A stretch of 61,268 nt of DNA from an uncultured archaeon. GTDB lineage: Archaea > Aenigmatarchaeota > Aenigmatarchaeia > QMZS01. Numbering within the stretch: the stretch's first letter is position 1; each line of letters begins with the position of its first letter. Shown here piece by piece: positions 54,479 through 59,927 of the stretch. A program made the position numbers and the translations under genes. The notes beneath the pieces were generated by a model. The model was not told where the DNA came from and did no database searches. It saw only the letters and a list, made by a program, of their open reading frames with translations. Where the stretch lies: positions 5,841-67,108 of the forward strand of contig CAZJKT010000002.1 of assembly GCA_964547015.1 (NCBI GenBank), in the 5' to 3' direction.

Positions 54479-55844
54479 GACCCTTTGATCTTTGCCTTTG
54501 CTCTTCATAATACCTATATGACTTTCTCTCCAAGGCTTCCTGAATACACCTGAATAAATCAGTAAATTCTTCCCTATCCATCTCGCGCGTCAAAATCGGT
54601 CTGCCTCTAAATGGATCCTCTCCCGCCTCAATCTTATGATGCAGGTAGGTCGCATAGCCAGACCAATTTACGGTATTAGGATCAATAATTCCGCTTGCTA
54701 CCGCATAATCCCAGAGTTTTGTGCCGGGAAAAGCCAATACGGGGCTAACCCAACCGGTATCCAGTGGCTCTTCCTCAATAAATCTGATTGTATCTTGCAG
54801 GTCCTGCTTGGTCTCAAATGGAGACCCTGCCATAAAGCCAGAAGCCACTCTTATCCCATTATCCTTACATACCCTTATTGCCTTACGATTATCCTCGACA
54901 GAAACGGTATTGTTTTTAAGATATCCCAGGGTTCTATCGGATCCGGTCTCGAAGCCAAAAACTATAGAGATTACATTCATATCCCCGAGATACTGAGCCG
55001 TCTCATTATCCATAGTATCTGCTCTCGAAAAGCATCCAAACATAGCCTCTTTATCCAAGCCTCTTTCTTTAATCAGAGCGCTAATCTTTTTGACCCTCGG
55101 TTTACTCAGAGCAAAATTGTCATCAAAAAATAAGACCGAGTCTATGCCGTATTTGTTTACAAGTTCCTCCACTTCACCGACCACATATTCAGGCGAAAAG
55201 TATCTGACCTTGTTTCCCCAAAATGCAGAACTTGCGCAATATTTGCACGAATGGGGGCACCCTCTTGAACTGATGATTTGTGTTTCCCTCGCAATCCTCC
55301 CCGTATCGCTCTGGATGGGCTGCGCATAATATGCCATGTCGAAGAGATCTCTGTTCGGATATGGTATCGCATCCAGATTAGAGATAACTTCCCTTTTATC
55401 TGTAGTTTTGATATATCCGGCTTCGTCCCTAAATGAAATGCCCTTTATCTTTCCAAGATTGGTGACCTCTCCATCATGAGTGTTATTGAGGATATCTAAA
55501 AATGTTCTTTCGCCTTCTCCTTTAACCACGATGTCGATATACTCCTCAAAACCGTTCCAAGCGCTATAATGGGTGCCACCAACGATAAGGGGCTTTCCGA
55601 GATCTTCCCGGTTTTTCCTGGCAAAATCCTGCAGCAAACCATGCTCCATCGTCAAGCATGAGACACCGATCAGATCCGGGTCATAGGCCGAAACATCAGA
55701 ATACATATTTTTTGAGGTGGCTGCGTCATGAATCCTGATATCCAGATTCCTCGGATAATATTTCTGCGCATAAGAAGCCAGGTATCCTAAACCCAACTTT
55801 GGATATCTGGACTCGGGGTTCAAATTTATTAAAGAAACCTTCAT
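54462..55844 (-). CDS. B12-binding-domain radical SAM enzyme (class B)
   Basis: An N-terminal Rossmann-like B12-binding region (MKVSLINLNP...LGLGYLASY...DLIGVSC), then SSRGCPHSCKYCAS (CxxxCxxC). Confidence 0.75.
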   Translation of the reverse strand: MKVSLINLNPESRYPKLGLGYLASYAQKYYPRNLDIRIHDAATSKNMYSDVSAYDPDLIGVSCLTMEHGLLQDFARKNREDLGKPLIVGGTHYSAWNGFEEYIDIVVKGEGERTFLDILNNTHDGEVTNLGKIKGISFRDEAGYIKTTDKREVISNLDAIPYPNRDLFDMAYYAQPIQSDTGRIARETQIISSRGCPHSCKYCASSAFWGNKVRYFSPEYVVGEVEELVNKYGIDSVLFFDDNFALSKPRVKKISALIKERGLDKEAMFGCFSRADTMDNETAQYLGDMNVISIVFGFETGSDRTLGYLKNNTVSVEDNRKAIRVCKDNGIRVASGFMAGSPFETKQDLQDTIRFIEEEPLDTGWVSPVLAFPGTKLWDYAVASGIIDPNTVNWSGYATYLHHKIEAGEDPFRGRPILTREMDREEFTDLFRCIQEALERKSYRYYEEQRQRSKGHGEKF

Positions 55845-55848
55845 AGGG

Positions 55849-56613
55849 CTATACCTCTACGGGAAAATCAACGAATCTTATATCTAAAGAGAACTTTTTC
55901 TCAAGCGGTTCCTTTAATGCACTGATGCCTACAGTTTCGGTTGCATGATGCCCCGCATCTATCAAATTCAGTTTGGCTTCTTTGGCAACAAGATACTCCG
56001 CAAGGCGGGCATCCCCTCCTATGAAAACATCCACTTTGCTTTTTACGGCTTCATTTACCAGATGCCCGGATGCTCCTGAACTGAACGCAATGGATTTTAC
56101 CTTTGCCTTTCCCAAAGGGAAAACTTTACAGTGGGCATTCAGCACCTTATTGACCCTATCAGCAAACTTGTTAAGATCTTCCTCCTTGGCCAACTCTCCG
56201 ATATAGCCTAGTGGAGAATCCCCATACATATAAAATGGCTTTTTGATGGCCATGTCCATTTTCCTGAAAAACTGTACTGCGTTGCTTATCTCAGGATGTA
56301 TATCTAGAGGTATATGTGCGCCGTATAGAGAGATACCATTATCCAAAAGTATTTTGATCCTGTTTTTCATAACTCCAGTCACCGGTTCGGAGTTGGTTGA
56401 AAACATTCCATGGTGAACGATTACAATATCGAACTTCTCTTCAGCGGCGTACTCAAAAGTTTCCTGTGAGGAATCTACTGCCAAGAGAATCTTTTTAACC
56501 TCGGGCTTACCTTCAACCAATAAACCATTCAGCAGATATGGGTCTCTAACTGCATTTATCCTGAAATATCCGTCCAGGAATCCTACGACCTCTGCCAATC
56601 GTGCCATAATCAA
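55849..56613 (-). CDS. NIF3-family (YbgI / 'GTP cyclohydrolase 1 type 2') dinuclear-metal protein
   Basis: The DPYLLNGLLVEG...ILLAVDSS...DIVIVHHG and ...DAGHHATE motifs fit NIF3. Confidence 0.75.
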   Translation of the reverse strand: MIMARLAEVVGFLDGYFRINAVRDPYLLNGLLVEGKPEVKKILLAVDSSQETFEYAAEEKFDIVIVHHGMFSTNSEPVTGVMKNRIKILLDNGISLYGAHIPLDIHPEISNAVQFFRKMDMAIKKPFYMYGDSPLGYIGELAKEEDLNKFADRVNKVLNAHCKVFPLGKAKVKSIAFSSGASGHLVNEAVKSKVDVFIGGDARLAEYLVAKEAKLNLIDAGHHATETVGISALKEPLEKKFSLDIRFVDFPVEV

Positions 56614-56647
56614 AAACTACCGATTATTTATATAGGTGAGAACTATT

Positions 56648-56716
56648 ATGGAAATAGCAAAGAAAGAAGTAAAAATGGGGTCAGTAGATGCCACAAGGAA
56701 TTGCGGGTCTATCTAA
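56648..56716 (+). CDS. unlisted 22-aa ORF MEIAKKEVKMGSVDATRNCGSI (candidate precursor peptide)
   Basis: Hand translation. GGTGA lies 9-13 nt upstream of the ATG. The stop codon TAA is 20 nt before the radical-SAM ATG at 56737. The ORF is too short for the ORF track. Confidence 0.35.
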   Translation: MEIAKKEVKMGSVDATRNCGSI

Positions 56717-56736
56717 ATGTTTTATTTTAGGTTTTT

Positions 56737-57630
56737 ATGGTTCATCATTCTTTAAAGAGCCCGTTTGTTATATTATCCAGCAAATGCAATCTAAACTGCA
56801 AATATTGTTTCTATAATCAAAACAAGGACCGGAATAACCTCGAATTAGATTCTAATGTCCTGGTCGATTTCCTGTCATTTAATTCAGGTATCATAAAAGA
56901 TATTATTCTCACCGGAGGAGAGCCTTTTATGTATAAAGATATCTATGTCCTATTAGATGCTCTTTCCAATAGCAATATCAAGGCACGAATAAACTCAAAC
57001 CTAACCGTTCTGGACAAACGAAAATTGACAAGAAACTTGGGGATTTTGTCCAGAGTAGACACTACGATAGACCACATTGATCCGGAGATAAATGACAAAA
57101 TCAGAGGATTTTCTGAAAAGACTATGTCTAACTTAAGATGGTTCAAATCCAAGAATATACCCCTAGAGATTACGATTCCCTTGTCAAAGAAGAACTGCTT
57201 TGATATAGAAAGAATCTATCTCGAACTGCGCAAACTTAAGCCTAAAGAGATTTTTATACAGCCGGTTGATATCTTCACCAAATCACTTGATGAAGACTAC
57301 AGCTTAGCTTCGCTTGGAAAAGCCGAGCTAAAAATTATACTGGACCGGTTGAAGCCCTGGGCAAGGGATTATCATCGCACAAGAGAATTGGGATTAATGA
57401 GAAACTATTATCTTAAAGATAAGTTTCCTGAAGGGGATTGCCAAATGAAAAAAGATCTGTTTGTTATCGACTCTGACGGCGCAGTCTATCCGTGCTTTCA
57501 CAGGCACGATCTCCGCTGCGGAAATATCTACTCGGATCCTCCTAAATCGATTATGGATGATTTAGCAATAAAACAGAACTCAATTGACATTAAAAAGTGT
57601 TTTGGTCCAAAATGCATTCCCCTATTCTGA
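56737..57630 (+). CDS. radical SAM enzyme with a twitch/partial-SPASM C-terminus
   Basis: CNLNCKYCF, GGEP, and the C-terminal C-x12-G-x4-C (CQMKKDLFVIDSDGAVYPC) plus CFGPKC. Confidence 0.75.
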   Translation: MVHHSLKSPFVILSSKCNLNCKYCFYNQNKDRNNLELDSNVLVDFLSFNSGIIKDIILTGGEPFMYKDIYVLLDALSNSNIKARINSNLTVLDKRKLTRNLGILSRVDTTIDHIDPEINDKIRGFSEKTMSNLRWFKSKNIPLEITIPLSKKNCFDIERIYLELRKLKPKEIFIQPVDIFTKSLDEDYSLASLGKAELKIILDRLKPWARDYHRTRELGLMRNYYLKDKFPEGDCQMKKDLFVIDSDGAVYPCFHRHDLRCGNIYSDPPKSIMDDLAIKQNSIDIKKCFGPKCIPLF

Positions 57631-58401
57631 CAGGAGCTCCCGTATTTTCTGCACATCCGCATCAATTATTATTTCTTCGAATATTTTCCCGAGTTCCTTG
57701 GAAGCCAGAGTAGGATCACCTAATATGCCATTGGGCGAAAATTCTTTTACATCTCCCTTCTCAAGAAGTTCCTTATGATCAAAGGGTTTTGTCCTGCCCG
57801 CAACTATTTTGCTCTTTCTCACCTTTTCAGGACACCTATATAGCATAGCAGAAGTTTCGTGCAGGCAGGCGTGGCATGAATGTAACCGGCAATCATCTAA
57901 TCTGTTTCCGAGGAATTTTCTTGCGGCGGTATCGACCAGATCATCGAAATCATCTAATCTCACAAAAATAATTTTGGCAGAAACATTTTCTCGGATTCCC
58001 TTCAAAGCATTCTCGATGGGCCCCATATTGCCTCCGTGGGTGGTTATTATGATTATATTTCTAAATCCATGCTTGTCCAGAGATATACAAACTTCCCGAA
58101 GAACCTGTTGAAACGTTTTTTCTGTCAAGCTTATAGTACCCGGAAAGCTCATATGATATTTCGAGCAGCCTAGAGACAATACCGGAGCCACCAAGGCATT
58201 GCCTAATTTATGCGCCACGCCTCTGGCGATAATATATGCATCAAGTGTGTCAGTATTTAACGGCAAATGCGGTCCATGCTGCTCCATTGCGCCTATCATC
58301 ACTAAAACATTCTTCTTACCCCCATCCATCTCATTTTTTATCTCTTCCCAAGTCATATCTTCTATGAACATTTTCTCACACCAATGGGAACATGACGACA
58401 T
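57622..58401 (-). CDS. creatininase-family amidohydrolase (MftE/ArfB-like)
   Basis: GAMEQHGPHLPLNTDT, TTHGGN and HACLHETS are the metal-binding motifs of the creatininase family. The likely start is MFIEDMTWEEI at 58371. Confidence 0.75.
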   Translation of the reverse strand: MSSCSHWCEKMFIEDMTWEEIKNEMDGGKKNVLVMIGAMEQHGPHLPLNTDTLDAYIIARGVAHKLGNALVAPVLSLGCSKYHMSFPGTISLTEKTFQQVLREVCISLDKHGFRNIIIITTHGGNMGPIENALKGIRENVSAKIIFVRLDDFDDLVDTAARKFLGNRLDDCRLHSCHACLHETSAMLYRCPEKVRKSKIVAGRTKPFDHKELLEKGDVKEFSPNGILGDPTLASKELGKIFEEIIIDADVQKIRELLSE

Positions 58402-59599
58402 CGCGAATATCTGCCTTCCCGGATAGATTCTGAATCATCCGGTCTATACCCAAGCCGAGCCCTCCGGTTGGAGGCATACCATAAAGTAGAGCTTCTCTGA
58501 ATGAGGAATCATATCTTTTTTGGTCTTTATCCCTTGAAGCCATTTGGCCTTCTTCCAATTTGGAAATAGTATCATAATCCGTCTCAACAGTGTAGCCATG
58601 AAAGATATCTACCCCATTAAGATACAGCCTAAATTCCTCCGAATAGATTTTATCAGAACTCTTGGCTAGGGGACATACTTCCAAAGGAAAATCATAAATT
58701 AGGGTTGGTGATGCCAGTTTTGGCAAAACCTGTCGACGAAATTCGACAAAACGCTCTGTGGGATTCTTAAAAGAGTGTCCTACCTCTTCCATAACACCTT
58801 CGAACGAGAACCTCTTGACCGGACTATTTATACCAAATATCGGAGAAACGTGAGCGAATAGAGTTTCTGAGAGATCCATCATATCATAATAATTTGAATA
58901 AGCCTTGAAAATATCCATTTCTAAAAACTCGGGAAGATATCCTTTAGATAATCCTTCGTTCCTATATACAGGCCCCACTTCATATATCTTCTCCAATCCC
59001 CCTATAATCAACAGCTTTAATTTTGGCTCAAGTGCCTTTCTCAAATAAACTTCTCTATCCTTAGCCAACCATTTTGCGGAGAACTCATTTGATTTTGAAG
59101 AGTAACTCTTGCTGAGAAGTGTTGGTGTGGACACCTCCAGATAACCTTCTTCGGACATCACATTCCTAAGAATTGCCAGAGCTTTCGACCTTTTCTTAAA
59201 CAGATCAAGCGTATCTGAATTCATCATAATCGATTCATGGGTATTGGCTCGGTTGGCTGGATTATTAAAATAGCCTGTGTTTGGAAGAAGTTTACCTGAT
59301 CTTTCAATCACACTAAGTTCGGTGATATCTAAATAAGGAAGTCCGTTCTTTCCATTATACACCCTGCCTTTAACTTCTACAAGGTCCCCATTTTTTACTT
59401 CGGGAGGTAATTCTAATCCATCTATGGAATGCCTCATCCTCAGCCCGCCAGATTCGTTGTTTAGGAAGTAATAATGAATCTCTTTGCTGGATCTATTTGA
59501 AGACACTATTCTTCCCTGAGCCAAAACCTCCTCGGCAGAAATCTCTCCACTCAAAAAGTGGGCTGCGCTGACAGTCAGCCCATCTTTTAACCCTATCAT
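58376..59599 (-). CDS. shortened, divergent class II lysyl-tRNA-synthetase-like protein
   Basis: OB-fold (GDLVEVKGRVYNG...LDITELSVI), motif 1 (RSKALAILRNVMSEEGYLEVSTPTL), motif 2 (YRNEGLSKGYLPEFLEMDIFKAY), and the LysRS-type motif 3 (ALLYGMPPTGGLGLGIDRM...IRDVVMFP). It is 407 aa, against about 500 for typical LysRS-II. Confidence 0.7.
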   Translation of the reverse strand: MIGLKDGLTVSAAHFLSGEISAEEVLAQGRIVSSNRSSKEIHYYFLNNESGGLRMRHSIDGLELPPEVKNGDLVEVKGRVYNGKNGLPYLDITELSVIERSGKLLPNTGYFNNPANRANTHESIMMNSDTLDLFKKRSKALAILRNVMSEEGYLEVSTPTLLSKSYSSKSNEFSAKWLAKDREVYLRKALEPKLKLLIIGGLEKIYEVGPVYRNEGLSKGYLPEFLEMDIFKAYSNYYDMMDLSETLFAHVSPIFGINSPVKRFSFEGVMEEVGHSFKNPTERFVEFRRQVLPKLASPTLIYDFPLEVCPLAKSSDKIYSEEFRLYLNGVDIFHGYTVETDYDTISKLEEGQMASRDKDQKRYDSSFREALLYGMPPTGGLGLGIDRMIQNLSGKADIRDVVMFPLV

Positions 59600-59680
59600 A
59601 CTTATAAATTCTTAGTAAATAATTATATGCTACTTCCTTTGAATTATTATTATTGACAGCGCATCAATAAAAATATGATT

Positions 59681-59883
59681 TGCGCTGGCCGGGATTCGAA
59701 AACCCTTTCCAACGCCAAAATTGCAGTAAATTTTGCGCGAAGCGCGAATCTGCTTTCTTTGACGTAAAGGACTTTCTTTTGCAAAGAAAGTCTTTTCCCG
59801 GGTCGCCGGCTTGGCAAGCCGGTATCATAGCCAATGTCCTAAGACCAAAATCATGGGATTTTGGCTATCTAGACGACCAGCGC
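59681..59883 (-). tRNA. tRNA-Gly(GCC) with a 96-nt T-loop insertion (about position 53/54) and about 33 extra nt in the D-arm region
   Basis: Hand fold of the minus strand: acceptor GCGCTGG/CCAGCGC, anticodon arm CCGGC-TTGCCAA-GCCGG, variable CGAC. T-stem CCGGG (59801-59797) and CCCGG (59693-59689); T-loop TTCGAAT (59700-59694); insertion 59796-59701. The D region reads GTCTAG-[AUAGCCAAAAUCCCAUGAUUU]-UGGUCUUAGGAC-A-[UUGGCUAUGAU]. Discriminator A. Confidence 0.7.
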
Positions 59884-59927
59884 ATAACTATAATTCCCCA
59901 TTAACTATATATTGTGGAATTAGGATT

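Noticed and set aside
56737-57630. Viperin-like antiviral radical SAM (similar size, CNxxCxxCF motif)
   Set aside because: The C-terminus carries a Cx12Gx4C twitch/SPASM-type auxiliary-cluster motif, which viperins lack. The context (mini-ORF, SPASM enzyme, creatininase-family gene) fits peptide or cofactor maturation better.
58376-59599. EpmA/EpmB-type lysylation of the translation factor (LysRS paralog + radical SAM), possibly targeting aIF5A at 48813
   Set aside because: The paralog retains an N-terminal OB (anticodon-binding-like) domain that EpmA lacks. None of the three radical-SAM proteins looks like a lysine 2,3-aminomutase: there is no PLP-binding region and the Cys-motif context differs. 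I keep it only as a remote alternative.
56737-59883. Pyrrolysine-like cassette (tRNA + class II aaRS + radical SAM)
   Set aside because: The tRNA anticodon is GCC with normal tRNA-Gly identity elements, not CUA. The aaRS is LysRS-like (class IIb), not PylS-like. No pylC/pylD-like ATP-grasp or dehydrogenase genes are present.
59680-59904. 74-aa plus-strand ORF
   Set aside because: It lies entirely over the minus-strand tRNA-Gly(GCC) gene and its insertions, with no coding-like features.
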